Shown: positions 1-10,083, counted from the stretch's first letter. The stretch is DNA of 34,570 nucleotides from a virus (IMGVR_UViG_2554235190_000007), one strand, 5' to 3'. Notes: generated by a model from the sequence alone, not told the origin. Numbers and translations are program-made.

Positions 1-303
1 TTCTCCCAAACCAAGGTTTTCGAGAGCCGTTTTCACCGTGCCATCCGATTTGATATCGCCAAACGGATTCTTGCGGCTTAACAGCAGAGCACGAAGCGCG
101 GTAAGCAACTGGTCGTTTCGCCCCTTCTCCAGGCTGGCACCGGATGCCTCCACCACGCTGCAGAGTTCTTCCTGCAACATATCAAAGTAGTCATCATCCA
201 GATCGGTGGCAGGTGTGCCAGTCTGGGGGTTACCACGGGTAAAACCGTTCTTACCCGCGCCGAACTTATCCTTCTGCGCGGTTTTCGTGTCTATACGATG
301 CAT
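1..303 (-). CDS. tail fibre protein, N-terminal part only (gene runs off the window start)
   Basis: Minus-strand frame open from ATG at 303 to position 1 with no stop (101 codons, [55 protein letters not shown]...). Sits immediately after the DUF2313 baseplate gene, the tail-fibre position in Mu/P2-type tail modules. Not in the ORF track because it is truncated. Confidence 0.5.
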   Translation of the reverse strand, partial: MHRIDTKTAQKDKFGAGKNGFTRGNPQTGTPATDLDDDYFDMLQEELCSVVEASGASLEKGRNDQLLTALRALLLSRKNPFGDIKSDGTVKTALENLGLGE

Positions 304-306
304 GGA

Positions 307-891
307 TTACTCCGGATATTTAAAAATTACGTAGGTATGCGACGGGCAGAGTTTGTTAAGCACACATTCGACAACGGTGTCGCCCCAGATACGCAGCGCG
401 GAATCACAGGGATCGCCACATGTCATCCAGGTGGTGTTTGTGGCGGCTGGCATGTTGACCTGCCAGTAATACCGCCATTCCGGCGCATTCACCGCGTCAG
501 TACAGACCGATGAGCAGGTGAACGTGCTTTTGTCGTATCGCGTGATGTTGGCATCTGGTCTGCCCAGGGCAGCAAGCTGTGCAAGATAAAAATCCTCGTT
601 GATGCCACCCGCCAGGTTAACCTTCGCATCCAGCCGTTGCTGACGCTGGCGAAGGGTCTGTGTCCCTGCGGGAATACATTCATCCGGCAGGCCGCACAGA
701 CGCTCCCAGCGATTTATCAGTTCAGTGGTGGTGCGCGGATCCAGCTCCCGCATCAGGGCATCCGCACGCTGATGAACACGGGTTAATGACGGTGCCGCAC
801 CGGCAATCGCCGGATCGCTGGCTGACCACGCCGGACCGGGGGGCAACAGTGCCGACAACAGACGGATGTAATCATCGTTTGTCACGTCCAT
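307..891 (-). CDS. baseplate/tail protein, DUF2313 family (Mu gp48 / YmfQ-like)
   Basis: 194-aa ORF; sequence and position (after the J-like baseplate gene, before the tail fibre) match the Mu gp48 / P2 gpI-type protein. ATG start; its stop lies 4 nt from the tail-fibre start. Confidence 0.65.
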   Translation of the reverse strand: MDVTNDDYIRLLSALLPPGPAWSASDPAIAGAAPSLTRVHQRADALMRELDPRTTTELINRWERLCGLPDECIPAGTQTLRQRQQRLDAKVNLAGGINEDFYLAQLAALGRPDANITRYDKSTFTCSSVCTDAVNAPEWRYYWQVNMPAATNTTWMTCGDPCDSALRIWGDTVVECVLNKLCPSHTYVIFKYPE

Positions 892-1940
892 GAAATCGTC
901 CCCAGAACCGCCAGTTCATTTTTTGCAATGGAGATATTGTCCGCCGGTGCAAGCAACTGATGGCTGTATTCCCCGTTCGCACCGGAAATCGCTTCACTGA
1001 TACGTGACACCTTCAGTTCTCCCTGCGGATAACCATCACGCAGCAGGAACGAACGCAACTCCGCGGTGATGGCAGCCCGTATTTCCGGTGTGTCCGGCGT
1101 CACACGGATATGAAAATCCACCGTATGTGCCACCGGCCTGAACACATACAAATCAGAGCCTGCCACCGGGGCCAGTGGCTCGATATGTTGTCTTGCCGCC
1201 GTTTCCGTTGATTCTTCCGGTATGGGATTAATCAGGTCACTGCCGGCAATCATCACACCGACAGTTCCCGTTCCCATCCAGTGACGGTATGTCCATGCGC
1301 GGGTAATGCCGGGCACTTCTTTAGCCCAGACGACATAGTCCCCGTCAGCCCCGCCCTGCGGCGTCCAGTAATACCGCTCAATGACGCGGGCGCGCCACGT
1401 TTCCAGCTCTTCAGTATCAAATCCGCCTGTAAGGGTGTCAGCCACACCGGAAGACGGCAGACCATTCACCGGCGTGACCAGGATTAATGCCGTACCGTCG
1501 TCAGCGTTACCGACCGCACCTGCACTTGAGCAGGCGATCGGCACGCGCAGGACACCACCGGAGCTGGTTGCATCGTCAGTTGTCGTGTACTGAACCAGGT
1601 CATCGCGCTGAATAACACTCCCGGCGGTCACCTTCAGGCCATCGCTGACACCTTCCCAGCGCATATACCCGCTGGCAGCCGTGGCCCCCTTGCGCGGACA
1701 CCGTTTCATCGCAGCATGTCGCGCCAGCCAGGACTCATCGCAGAGGTCAGGCAGCATGTTCATTGCCAGATAATCGATGTAACCGTAAACCGTATGCAGC
1801 GCCGCCGCATACACCTTTGCCCGCACGTCTTCATCCATGCGCCGGAGCGTGTCGCTGACGTCCAGCCTGGCGAATAAATCGTTACGGAGCATACTGATAT
1901 TTTCTGCCAGCGTCGGGCGCTGAAATTCACTGTCCGCCAT
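882..1940 (-). CDS. baseplate J-like protein (Mu gp47 / P2 gpJ family)
   Basis: 352-aa ORF in the conserved baseplate gene order; ATG start; overlaps both neighbours by a few nt (translational coupling). Confidence 0.75.
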   Translation of the reverse strand: MADSEFQRPTLAENISMLRNDLFARLDVSDTLRRMDEDVRAKVYAAALHTVYGYIDYLAMNMLPDLCDESWLARHAAMKRCPRKGATAASGYMRWEGVSDGLKVTAGSVIQRDDLVQYTTTDDATSSGGVLRVPIACSSAGAVGNADDGTALILVTPVNGLPSSGVADTLTGGFDTEELETWRARVIERYYWTPQGGADGDYVVWAKEVPGITRAWTYRHWMGTGTVGVMIAGSDLINPIPEESTETAARQHIEPLAPVAGSDLYVFRPVAHTVDFHIRVTPDTPEIRAAITAELRSFLLRDGYPQGELKVSRISEAISGANGEYSHQLLAPADNISIAKNELAVLGTISWT

Positions 1941-2355
1941 GCGTTATCGCACTCCACAGATCATCAAAAGAAATCATTACCGGTCCGTCACGACGCCAGA
2001 GAGTGATACTGTTACCCAGTTCATTAATCCCGGTGCGGCGGATATCCAGATCAATACGGGACACCACGCCGTCATCAATCATCCATTGCAGGCATTCGCG
2101 GATATACCCCCTTACCGTCTGCACCAGCTGATTGGTCAGTTTGCCGCGCTGAAGCAGCCACAGCCGGGAGCCGTAACGGTCATTCTGTACCGCAGGCCAG
2201 GTATCCCCCCACCATCCCATCGGGACGTCGGCATTGTCATCAGGCTCCGCCCGCCGCCAGGTGAACAGGGAAATCACCACGGCGCGGGTCAGCGGATCCA
2301 GCGGTGCGCTGGCGCAGGTGCGTTTACCGTTCACCGTCAGCCACAGTTCCATCAT
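1927..2355 (-). CDS. baseplate protein, Mu gp46 family
   Basis: 142 aa with the GWWGD...GSRLWLL signature region typical of the GP46 family; lies between the V-like and J-like genes. Confidence 0.65.
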   Translation of the reverse strand: MMELWLTVNGKRTCASAPLDPLTRAVVISLFTWRRAEPDDNADVPMGWWGDTWPAVQNDRYGSRLWLLQRGKLTNQLVQTVRGYIRECLQWMIDDGVVSRIDLDIRRTGINELGNSITLWRRDGPVMISFDDLWSAITHGGQ

Positions 2356-2900
2356 GCCTCCATCGCTTTATCCGGTTTGTCGGTGTTACTGCCCTGACCG
2401 TTCTCTCTGTGACGATGGCCGTTATAGGCAAGCCGCATCGCTGACATGGTGGTGCCGCCGGAGTCGCACAGGTCTTTCACCTGTCCGGTCACTTCCAGGT
2501 CCATTTCAAAACGTGCTCTGGGCGCATTGCGAAACGTGATCGTTTTACCTGCACCATCCACCACGATCCCCTCCCGGGTCAGCGTCACAGACTGCCCCTG
2601 ATCGTCATAGACAGCCACCTCCCCCGTCTGCAGCCCTTTCAGGCGGTAGCGCCGGTCCGACACCGTAACAACCACCGCATGAGAACGGTCGCCATCCGGA
2701 AACAACACCACCGCTTCCGCACCGCTGTTTGCCCTTGCGGTAAAACCGTAGGGTTCAAGATGTTCAACCCCGGCTTTGGGTTCACCGGCAATCAGGGACA
2801 CATCCACGGTCTGACATTTCGTGGCGGCACTGATGCTTTTCACCACTGCCCGCCCAATCAGGCCGAGAAGTTGTCGCTGCATGGCTTCAATCGTCCTCAT
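2352..2900 (-). CDS. baseplate assembly protein V / central spike (Mu gp45-like)
   Basis: 182 aa; position between hub and gp46-like genes; gpV-like sequence. Confidence 0.7.
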   Translation of the reverse strand: MRTIEAMQRQLLGLIGRAVVKSISAATKCQTVDVSLIAGEPKAGVEHLEPYGFTARANSGAEAVVLFPDGDRSHAVVVTVSDRRYRLKGLQTGEVAVYDDQGQSVTLTREGIVVDGAGKTITFRNAPRARFEMDLEVTGQVKDLCDSGGTTMSAMRLAYNGHRHRENGQGSNTDKPDKAMEA

Positions 2901-3979
2901 CAGAACGGGTCCTCCTGTACTCTGGCTTTTTTCTTTTTCCGCGCGCCGGGGTCTTCAGGTTCAGGCAGATAAGCATCAGGCGGGCCGACACGGATTTCCG
3001 TCAGGGTACCGTTCTGGTCCTGAGTAAACGTGACTTCCGAAACAAGCAGTTCGGTATTGTCAAAACCACAGACCGGATCAAAGACAATCACCCGCTGGTT
3101 GGGTTGCCACAGCGTACCGTTACCCTGTCGCCAGCCCTGCACCACATAGGTGGTTTCATCCGTCCGCGCCGCCCGTTGCCGGGCTTCAAAGTCAGCACGC
3201 GCAATACAGCCTGCCCCCGTAGCCTGCCCTGTCTGCCTGATATACATCGGACGGTAACGGGCAATAAATGCGTCCTCTGTGCGGGCCCGCAGCGCGGTGG
3301 TGGTGGCCTCACCGAAATCATCGTCGTTTCCGGCACGCTGCCCCGCCACCTGGTAAACAGAAAACCGCTCCCGGATACTCTTCTCCGTATCGCAGGAAAG
3401 GATGTTTTCCCCAAGTACCAGCGCGGTATGTGCCCGCGTTGAGCCAATACCACCAATCACCAGCCTGCCGTGCGGGTCGTCGTAAGCCAGCGCCTGCTGC
3501 TGACCGAGTATTTTGTTGATCACCTCAATCACCGTTTCACCGTGATCAGGCTGGACATCAGGAATAACACCCGACGGCGCACCGCTGTTCACCACCTCAA
3601 TGCCGAAAGGCGCAGCAAGCGCCTGCGCAATCTGTACCAGCGATCGTCCGTTAAACTGTGTCGGTTCGGCTGCACAGTCAATCAGGTCAGCGGTCAGACT
3701 ACGTCCGGCAATACCGGTGCTGACCGAACGGGCATCGTAACGAACGGGCGTCGCCTCCACCCAGCCGGTGATCACCAGCTCATCACCAATCAGCACCTCC
3801 ACTTTTGAACCATTTTTAATGCGCGGCTGAAGCGTGGTAATACCCTCATCTCCCGGCCACTGGCGGGTGATCTCCACACTGAAATCCCGCGCCAGTCGTT
3901 CAACACCGGCACCGATGCGCACCGATGTCCAGCCATTCCACTCCCGGCCATTTACCCGTAGCGTGACGTTATCGTTCAT
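2900..3979 (-). CDS. baseplate hub / late control D-like tail protein (Mu gp44-like)
   Basis: 359 aa, N-terminus MNDNVTLRVNGREWNGWTSVRI typical of P2 gpD / Mu P proteins; lies between the DNA circulation and spike genes. Confidence 0.7.
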   Translation of the reverse strand: MNDNVTLRVNGREWNGWTSVRIGAGVERLARDFSVEITRQWPGDEGITTLQPRIKNGSKVEVLIGDELVITGWVEATPVRYDARSVSTGIAGRSLTADLIDCAAEPTQFNGRSLVQIAQALAAPFGIEVVNSGAPSGVIPDVQPDHGETVIEVINKILGQQQALAYDDPHGRLVIGGIGSTRAHTALVLGENILSCDTEKSIRERFSVYQVAGQRAGNDDDFGEATTTALRARTEDAFIARYRPMYIRQTGQATGAGCIARADFEARQRAARTDETTYVVQGWRQGNGTLWQPNQRVIVFDPVCGFDNTELLVSEVTFTQDQNGTLTEIRVGPPDAYLPEPEDPGARKKKKARVQEDPF

Positions 3980-5304
3980 TGCACTGGCACCTTCAGAGGG
4001 ATCACCGGCACAAAGCCGGGATGCGTAATGGCATTACGCCGGATAATGTCCGCGTCACGCGCCGCGTTATCAAACCAGGTCGCCGCCAGCACCAGCGCGG
4101 GTAAAACCTCATCCGGCGTGCGCTGAATGATCCGTGCAGACTGTTCAAGGCGCGTGTTGATATCCGCATTCAGATCTGCTTTCACCCGGCGCAGCGCCAG
4201 AAACAGCGCATCACTGGTTGTTCGGGACAACTCCTTATCAATTGCCGTATTCAGTGTGTCGCGAATGTCAGTCAGTTCTTCCCACGTCGGCAGGTCAACC
4301 GTGTTTTTCACCGCCGGTGCATTGTTCAGTGCTGGATGCGTGACGGAAGGCCAGCCAGTGCTCTGCGCGGGTGTTGTTGCCTGCCCCACTGCGGCATTCT
4401 GCATCACCGCGGAAGTTGTTGGCGCAGGCAATCGGGTGACGGCATACGCCGCTTCGCTGATTGCGGTCGTACGAAGGGTGCTGGCAACCACGTTACGCTG
4501 CTGCGTCGCCGTGGCGGTGGTTTTACTGTCCGTTTTCCAGACGCCGCGCGGTTGCAGATCGCTGCCGAGGCTGACACCGGAAAGCGTTTTGATCATGGTG
4601 ACCAGGTCGCTGGCGTTACCATAAAGGCGTTTCCCGGTACGCCACATTTTCTGCACCTGCTCAACGAAATTTTTGCCTGACGATGGCGGCGGCAGAAGTA
4701 CCGAGATATCCCCCTGCAACAGCCTGGCGGCATCCGATACGGCAGAATCCACCACTTTCATCGCATCAGAAACATACCCAAGCATTGTGCCGGCATTACC
4801 GACGACGTCGTTCTGCACAAAATCTGCCACGCCATCGATACTGAAACTACTGAAACTGTCACTGATACAATCATCCAGTGCGAAACAGGATGACATCAGC
4901 GTCTGTGCCGTCGCCGCACCTGATGTGGGGTAAGAGAGTTCTCCCGCTTCGACAAACTTCAGGTCAAAGCGGACAATACGCCCTTCATTCTTCGATGTGC
5001 TGACCCGAACTTCCCCGTCAACACAGACTTTCAGCTCACCGTAAGTCGGATGGACAAGCGTGCCGGGACCGGGTTTATTCAGCGCGTCAATCAGGCGATC
5101 GCGCTGGTCAAAGCAGTCATCTCCCACCACATAAGCCGTGATGGACGGGCGGAAAGTGATTTTCCCCAGGTCTTCGGTATAGGGTTTGTCGCGGTTCGGG
5201 TATTCGTGCGTTTCCACACGACGGCCAGTTCCCGCACTTTCTTCTTCAACCTTAAACGGCACACCTCGAAATGACGCATCCTGAAGCCTGTCTTTCCACG
5301 TCAT
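3976..5304 (-). CDS. DNA circulation protein (Mu gp43 / N-like)
   Basis: 442 aa, N-terminus MTWKDRLQDASFRGVPFKVEEESAGTGRRVETHEYPNRD matches the Mu N-type DNA circulation N-terminal domain; downstream of the tape measure as in Mu. Confidence 0.7.
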   Translation of the reverse strand: MTWKDRLQDASFRGVPFKVEEESAGTGRRVETHEYPNRDKPYTEDLGKITFRPSITAYVVGDDCFDQRDRLIDALNKPGPGTLVHPTYGELKVCVDGEVRVSTSKNEGRIVRFDLKFVEAGELSYPTSGAATAQTLMSSCFALDDCISDSFSSFSIDGVADFVQNDVVGNAGTMLGYVSDAMKVVDSAVSDAARLLQGDISVLLPPPSSGKNFVEQVQKMWRTGKRLYGNASDLVTMIKTLSGVSLGSDLQPRGVWKTDSKTTATATQQRNVVASTLRTTAISEAAYAVTRLPAPTTSAVMQNAAVGQATTPAQSTGWPSVTHPALNNAPAVKNTVDLPTWEELTDIRDTLNTAIDKELSRTTSDALFLALRRVKADLNADINTRLEQSARIIQRTPDEVLPALVLAATWFDNAARDADIIRRNAITHPGFVPVIPLKVPVQ

Positions 5305-5325
5305 ATATACTCCGAAAATTAAAAA

Positions 5326-5345
5326 GCCACCTATTAGAAGGTGGC
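5326..5345 (-). terminator. rho-independent terminator after the tail-module insert gene
   Basis: Minus-strand hairpin GCCACCT-(6 nt loop)-AGGTGGC followed by TTTTTAATTTT, located between the stop of ORF 5366..5896 and the start of the DNA circulation gene. Confidence 0.55.
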
Positions 5346-5365
5346 CTTGTAATGAATTTTATTAA

Positions 5366-5896
5366 TTAGCGAGTCAGAAACAACGAATCTTTATACTTTT
5401 GCTGTTGTTCATTTAAATACTTAGCTGTTTCATCGCTGGCAAATGGAAATATTACCGTATTTTTAGGCATGGTAATTTCTTTTTTGTCCAGCGTCAGAGT
5501 AAACATAGGAACATACTGAGCAGAGTAACGCACCGCAGAAACGAGCTCTAGTTTAGACTCTTCAATAACACTTAAATTATCCAGGCTAACTTTCTCTTCA
5601 TCTTTTTTCTTTGACGCATTTAAAGTTTTTATTACTTTATTTAATTTCTCCTGAAAATCCTCCTTAAAGTTTTCAGGATTGCCGTCGACAACAAGAATCT
5701 GTTCCCCCTGATTATCTGGAAAAATAATCTTTGCACTTATCAATTTATTTTCTTTATAAACATCACCAAGTTTTATGGCTCCTCCAGATAACTGAATAAT
5801 ATGTTCATCTTTAAAGGAGATGTTGCCAGAGATTATGAGAGATGAAAAAATAGCCGCTGCTCCAAGAATTACACTTGCTGTGATATAGCCTTTCAT
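5366..5896 (-). CDS. hypothetical exported or membrane-anchored protein (AT-rich insert in tail operon)
   Basis: 176-aa ORF with hydrophobic N-terminus MKGYITASVILGAAAIFSSLIISG (signal peptide or signal anchor, no lipobox Cys) and a K/E-rich body. Visibly AT-rich relative to the flanking tail genes. Own promoter-like sequence upstream and terminator downstream. No family recognised. Confidence 0.6.
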   Translation of the reverse strand: MKGYITASVILGAAAIFSSLIISGNISFKDEHIIQLSGGAIKLGDVYKENKLISAKIIFPDNQGEQILVVDGNPENFKEDFQEKLNKVIKTLNASKKKDEEKVSLDNLSVIEESKLELVSAVRYSAQYVPMFTLTLDKKEITMPKNTVIFPFASDETAKYLNEQQQKYKDSLFLTR

Positions 5897-5931
5897 TTTT
5901 CGCCTATTAACATTTTTCTAAATGTGCATTA

Positions 5932-5959
5932 ATTCTATCACTCTATTTATGACTTACAA
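5932..5959 (-). promoter_or_regulatory. candidate sigma70 promoter for ORF 5366..5896
   Basis: On the minus strand TTGTAA - 16 nt - TGaTAGAAT (extended -10), about 35 nt upstream of the ATG at 5896, in the AT-rich gap after the tape measure stop. Confidence 0.35.
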
Positions 5960-5987
5960 CCAGCAATACCTGTGAGGGGAATCCTGG

Positions 5988-7820
5988 CTACCAAAATCGG
6001 GTATAGCCAACATCGTGATTTATATCAATGCCACTGGAGCGAGTTTCCGTAACCCGCATACCTGGTGGCATATTTATAAATGATACCTTGATCTCACCAT
6101 CAACTTTTGGCGCGGTAGCTTTATTAATCATGAAGGGATTCGAGCCTGTGGCACCGGAGGCGTTGTTTGCCTGAGCCGGATCCACCGCCGGATAAGGAGT
6201 GTATCCCCGTGGCGGTATTCCCGTCCCATAAGCATCATAAGCACCCGCGCCCCACTGCGCCGAGTTAATGGCATCGACCGTGTCACCGGAACTGTCGGTA
6301 AACCATTCAATAATCGGCTTCAGCTTATCCCACATATCCTGAAACCACTTAACAACCGGTCCCCAGTTATTGATCACCATCCCCAGCGGCGACCAGGCAA
6401 AAACCTTCTTCAGAAGTTCCCGGCCAGCCTCAAAATAAGGACTAATGGTTTCCCAGAGTTTCTTAAAATAAGGTCCGACAACATCCCAGTTAGTGATAAT
6501 TAATCCCGCAGCCAGGGCAATCGCCGTCGCAATCATGCCAATCGGCGTCATCGACATGATCCTGCTGACGATACTGATGGCACTGCCCACGCCCATCAAT
6601 CCCAGTTTCAGAATCGCAAGACCGGCAGCAAGCCCGACGACGCCGCGAATAACCCGGGGATTTTCATCCGCAAACTTCGTGAATTTTTCCCCTAACTCCC
6701 CCAGCCATTGCGTGATATTTTTGGCGTCACCAGAAAATGCGCCACCAATAGCCGCAAGGCCGTTAGTTGCGGTCCCCGTCATTGCCTCCCACAGGTTGGA
6801 CAGCGTACCAAGCTGGGCCTGAACACGTTTATTCAGGCTGGCCTGTTTATGCATCTTCTGCTGGATCTGATCGTAACCATCCTTTCCTTTATCGATCAGA
6901 GCATTGACCACCTGAAGGGTTTCGGCATCATCACCAAATATTGCCTTAAGTACACCGGTTCGCTTAACGTCGGTCAGTTTTCGCAGCTTTGCCAGTTGCC
7001 TGAACATGTTATCAAGACCGCCAAAACTCCCTTTGCCATCAGTAAAATCGAGCTGTACCCCGAGTTTCTGGCGGGCCATGATTTTATTGACGTCCCTGAT
7101 TTTCTTAACGCTTAATCCGGACTGGATAACTTTTCGCAGGGCATTACCTGCCGACTCCCCGTTCATCCCCATCTGATCCATCATGACGCTGATGGGGGCA
7201 AGGCTCTGTGCAGCCTGAAGACCGTCCTTGTTCACCATCTTCAGAACAGAACTGGTTTTAGTGAAGAAGGACAACATGTTGGTATCGTCAACGCCCAGAT
7301 AAAACGCCTTCTGGATAGTGTCGAACAGCCCCATCATGTCTTCTGACGCCGTTCCGGTAGCATCCTGCATCTTTGCAGCAAACTCGGCAGCCGCTTCCGG
7401 TGTTTTTTTCAGTTGTACCGCAAGATAAGCTGTCGCTTTACCCACACCACCCAGAATGTTTTCTGCCGGGATCCCCTGACGCACCAGCATCTGCATCATG
7501 TTCTGGAAATCAGCCGTTGTACCGGGTAGCTGGTTACCCAGGCCAATAGCCAGTTTATTGATGTCCTGAAAGCGCTTTCCAACCTCGCCGTTCGCATCCA
7601 TCATGGCGACTTTCAGCCCGGTGGCGGCGTTTTCCTGATCGGCATAAGATTTCAGGGAAAGCGTCAGACCCGCTGCCAGTCCGCCCCCAAGCGCCAGCCC
7701 ACCCTGTGACGCTTCTTCCGCCTGGCGTTTAAATCCCCGGATTTTCTTTTGCATTTTCGACAGCGCGGGAGAAAGCCTGTCGACACCGGTGATCAACGCC
7801 TTAAGCTCAAATTCAGCCAT
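5988..7820 (-). CDS. tail tape measure protein
   Basis: 610 aa, helical N-terminal part, Gly/Ala-rich hydrophobic central segments and C-terminal domain; follows the frameshifted chaperone pair as in all long-tailed phages. Confidence 0.85.
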   Translation of the reverse strand: MAEFELKALITGVDRLSPALSKMQKKIRGFKRQAEEASQGGLALGGGLAAGLTLSLKSYADQENAATGLKVAMMDANGEVGKRFQDINKLAIGLGNQLPGTTADFQNMMQMLVRQGIPAENILGGVGKATAYLAVQLKKTPEAAAEFAAKMQDATGTASEDMMGLFDTIQKAFYLGVDDTNMLSFFTKTSSVLKMVNKDGLQAAQSLAPISVMMDQMGMNGESAGNALRKVIQSGLSVKKIRDVNKIMARQKLGVQLDFTDGKGSFGGLDNMFRQLAKLRKLTDVKRTGVLKAIFGDDAETLQVVNALIDKGKDGYDQIQQKMHKQASLNKRVQAQLGTLSNLWEAMTGTATNGLAAIGGAFSGDAKNITQWLGELGEKFTKFADENPRVIRGVVGLAAGLAILKLGLMGVGSAISIVSRIMSMTPIGMIATAIALAAGLIITNWDVVGPYFKKLWETISPYFEAGRELLKKVFAWSPLGMVINNWGPVVKWFQDMWDKLKPIIEWFTDSSGDTVDAINSAQWGAGAYDAYGTGIPPRGYTPYPAVDPAQANNASGATGSNPFMINKATAPKVDGEIKVSFINMPPGMRVTETRSSGIDINHDVGYTRFW

Positions 7821-7995
7821 GTGTGCGTTTCTCCTGCTCTATCCTGTTTGCCTGACTGACCAGTAAGGGAATTTCACTGATCGGCATATTCAGCAATTCG
7901 AAAGGATTAATGCGCCAGTAGCTGGCGCAGTCAAAGAAGCGATCAGTGAGGTATTCAGCCGTCAGGCCTGGAGGAAAAAACCAGCCACAAGCCAC
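7813..7995 (-). CDS. -1 frame extension of the tail assembly chaperone (frameshift product C-terminal part)
   Basis: 60-aa ORF in the -1 frame overlapping the 3' end of ORF 7962..8231. The overlap contains the slippery heptamer T TTT TTC (mRNA GGT TTT TTC; about 7974..7980), deduced from both protein tails (...AGFFLQA* versus ...GWFFPPGL...). It ends inside the tape measure start. Confidence 0.6.
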   Translation of the reverse strand: MACGWFFPPGLTAEYLTDRFFDCASYWRINPFELLNMPISEIPLLVSQANRIEQEKRTHG

Positions 7996-8231
7996 GCCGC
8001 TGCATTCAGGTCTGCCGGAGACATCTGGTCGACAGAGCTTTGCGGCACTTTCGCCAGCCGCACAATGTATTTCGACACCACATGCGCCAGAAGTTTGACT
8101 GACTCATCCTGATTCATCTGGTAGGGATACCCCAGCTCGCGGACATCCTTCCCGGTGGGCTCATCAAACTCCAGTACGGAGAGTGTCTCGCCATGAGCAG
8201 TAATCGGTTTCTTTAACTCAAGCTCTTTCAT
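7962..8231 (-). CDS. tail assembly chaperone (G-like, Mu gp41-type)
   Basis: 89-aa ORF between tail tube and tape measure; conserved position of the G/GT-type chaperone; ATG start. Confidence 0.7.
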   Translation of the reverse strand: MKELELKKPITAHGETLSVLEFDEPTGKDVRELGYPYQMNQDESVKLLAHVVSKYIVRLAKVPQSSVDQMSPADLNAAAWLVAGFFLQA

Positions 8232-8587
8232 TACTGGTAATCCCCTTCTTCACCGTGGAACTCAAGATCAACCGTGCCTTCTTCGGCATTATGGTTCGCT
8301 TCGCCGTGCAGCCAGGCAGACGACAGTACATAGACCTGACCGTTCGCCAGCTCGGCAGTGATGGTCATCTCATCAGACGAGGTGATTTTGTTCACCGGAA
8401 AATTCTTCGGCACCTTGAAAGTCCCTTTGACATAAGGCGCACGGTGAGTTTCCTTGCGGTCCACTGAACCGTCCAGGCCGATGATGTCATCATTGACCGT
8501 CCTGTTCATGGGCACCTCAATGCCGCCGGTCAGCGATAGCTGTTGACCGTCAATTTTGAAATAACAGGTTCCCCCGATACGGGCCAT
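8231..8587 (-). CDS. tail tube protein (Mu gp40-like)
   Basis: 118 aa directly downstream of the sheath gene; contractile-tail tube family features; ATG start overlapping the sheath stop. Confidence 0.8.
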   Translation of the reverse strand: MARIGGTCYFKIDGQQLSLTGGIEVPMNRTVNDDIIGLDGSVDRKETHRAPYVKGTFKVPKNFPVNKITSSDEMTITAELANGQVYVLSSAWLHGEANHNAEEGTVDLEFHGEEGDYQ

Positions 8588-10083
8588 TATGCAGACTCCT
8601 CTGAATACTGAAGACGGAACTGGTTAACCACGGCAAAGACACGCAACTGGTTAACATAGTCAGGCGGGAACAGCGTGTTCAGGCGGTTCGGATCGCTGGC
8701 ATCACGCTCCACAACCAGGTACTGCTTAAACAGTTCGTAGTTTTCCACGATCCCCGCACGCTCAAGCTGACGGTAGGTTGCCAGCAGTTCCCCTTTGATC
8801 ACCGCCGGTGTGACAATCGCCTGACCGGGACCAAAGCGGGTACCGTCGCTGGCAAGCTTGTGACGCCCGTACTTACTGGTAATGACGGATTTCAGTTTGC
8901 GCAGCACATACGCGCTGGTATGCAGCGTCTCGCTGTCGAGGTAGCTGTTATCCGCAACACCGTAAGCGTTTTTCCTGTACGTGGTGACATCACGCTGAAT
9001 GCGCAGCACCCCGCTTTCGACATACGCCGTTGCCACGCCATGAGACAGCAGGGTCTGTTGTTCGGTCATCGTGAACCGTTTCCCCTTCGGCGCAGGCAGC
9101 ATACCCACCAGCTCACCGGTCTGCGTGGGACGTGCCGGATCGTTGCGGATAAACACCGCTGCGCGGGCGGTACGGCTTGCCGCCAGCTCGTCGGCAGGCG
9201 TCTGGGTCTCTTTTTCGTATCCCGCCAGGGTAATGTGCTGCTGGTTAAACTGGTCACCTGCGGTCACCAGTTCTGACAGCGTGCCGATCTTTGCCGTATA
9301 CACATGACCATACAGCTGACGCACATAGCTCCAGCGACCGCTGGTATCGTTCATCTCGGTCACCAGCGTGTTAACGGAGGCTGTGTCGTTGAACGGCAGG
9401 CCGATATAATCAAACGGCTCATCCGCCATTGCAGCCACCGCGCCGGTGAGAACAGGAGCGCCCGTTCCGGCGGTACCCGTCGCCACGGCAATCTGTACGC
9501 CCGCTGGCAGCACTTCGCCCCCACCAAAGCCGTAGTAATTGAGGCTGACAGGAATTTCATTCCCGCAAAGCCCCTTATGACGCGCGGTCAGTGTGACCAC
9601 GCCTGCCGAAGATGAGGCAGTAAACGGCAGGGTCGGAACGGCATTGATGGCATCCTGGATACTGCTGGCAATCGTCGCAACGTTATCGCCGTTGGTCACC
9701 GGTGCCTGCACGCGGGTACGTCCCACATAAACATTCACCGTGCCGGTTTCGGTTGCCGCGCCGGTCACCGTCAGCGTAACCGTTGCCGCCGCGCCCGTGG
9801 ATTCAGGAACGGCAATCACATACAGCTCGCCAAACGGGTCGGTCTGGCGATAAGCCTCGACCATACGCGCCAGCTGACTTCCCGCACCACAAATCTGGCG
9901 TGCATAGTCTGCCGACGGCATCAGTACCAGACTGTTGGCAACAATCTCTGCACCGTTATTGGCATGACCAATCAGCAGCGATGCTCCGCTGTCCTGTGCA
10001 GTATTCGCCGCCTGATTATCCATTTCCGCATAAAACAGCGGAACCAGCGTATTCGACGGAATGGTGTTAAAGCTTATCGTCAT
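8587..10083 (-). CDS. contractile tail sheath protein
   Basis: 498 aa, N-terminus MTISFNTIPSNTLVPLFYAEMDN typical of Mu L / P2 FI-type sheath proteins; followed by tube. Confidence 0.85.
   Translation of the reverse strand: MTISFNTIPSNTLVPLFYAEMDNQAANTAQDSGASLLIGHANNGAEIVANSLVLMPSADYARQICGAGSQLARMVEAYRQTDPFGELYVIAVPESTGAAATVTLTVTGAATETGTVNVYVGRTRVQAPVTNGDNVATIASSIQDAINAVPTLPFTASSSAGVVTLTARHKGLCGNEIPVSLNYYGFGGGEVLPAGVQIAVATGTAGTGAPVLTGAVAAMADEPFDYIGLPFNDTASVNTLVTEMNDTSGRWSYVRQLYGHVYTAKIGTLSELVTAGDQFNQQHITLAGYEKETQTPADELAASRTARAAVFIRNDPARPTQTGELVGMLPAPKGKRFTMTEQQTLLSHGVATAYVESGVLRIQRDVTTYRKNAYGVADNSYLDSETLHTSAYVLRKLKSVITSKYGRHKLASDGTRFGPGQAIVTPAVIKGELLATYRQLERAGIVENYELFKQYLVVERDASDPNRLNTLFPPDYVNQLRVFAVVNQFRLQYSEESA

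Noticed and set aside
1939-2397. Plus-strand ORF (152 aa) antisense to the baseplate genes
   Set aside because: Lies entirely within well-supported minus-strand baseplate genes, is Pro/Gly/Arg-rich as expected for a GC-rich antisense frame, and has no family features; same reasoning applies to the other plus-strand track ORFs between 298 and 27000 (e.g. 4127..4624, 8860..9276, 10270..10860, 14766..15341, 24009..24521).
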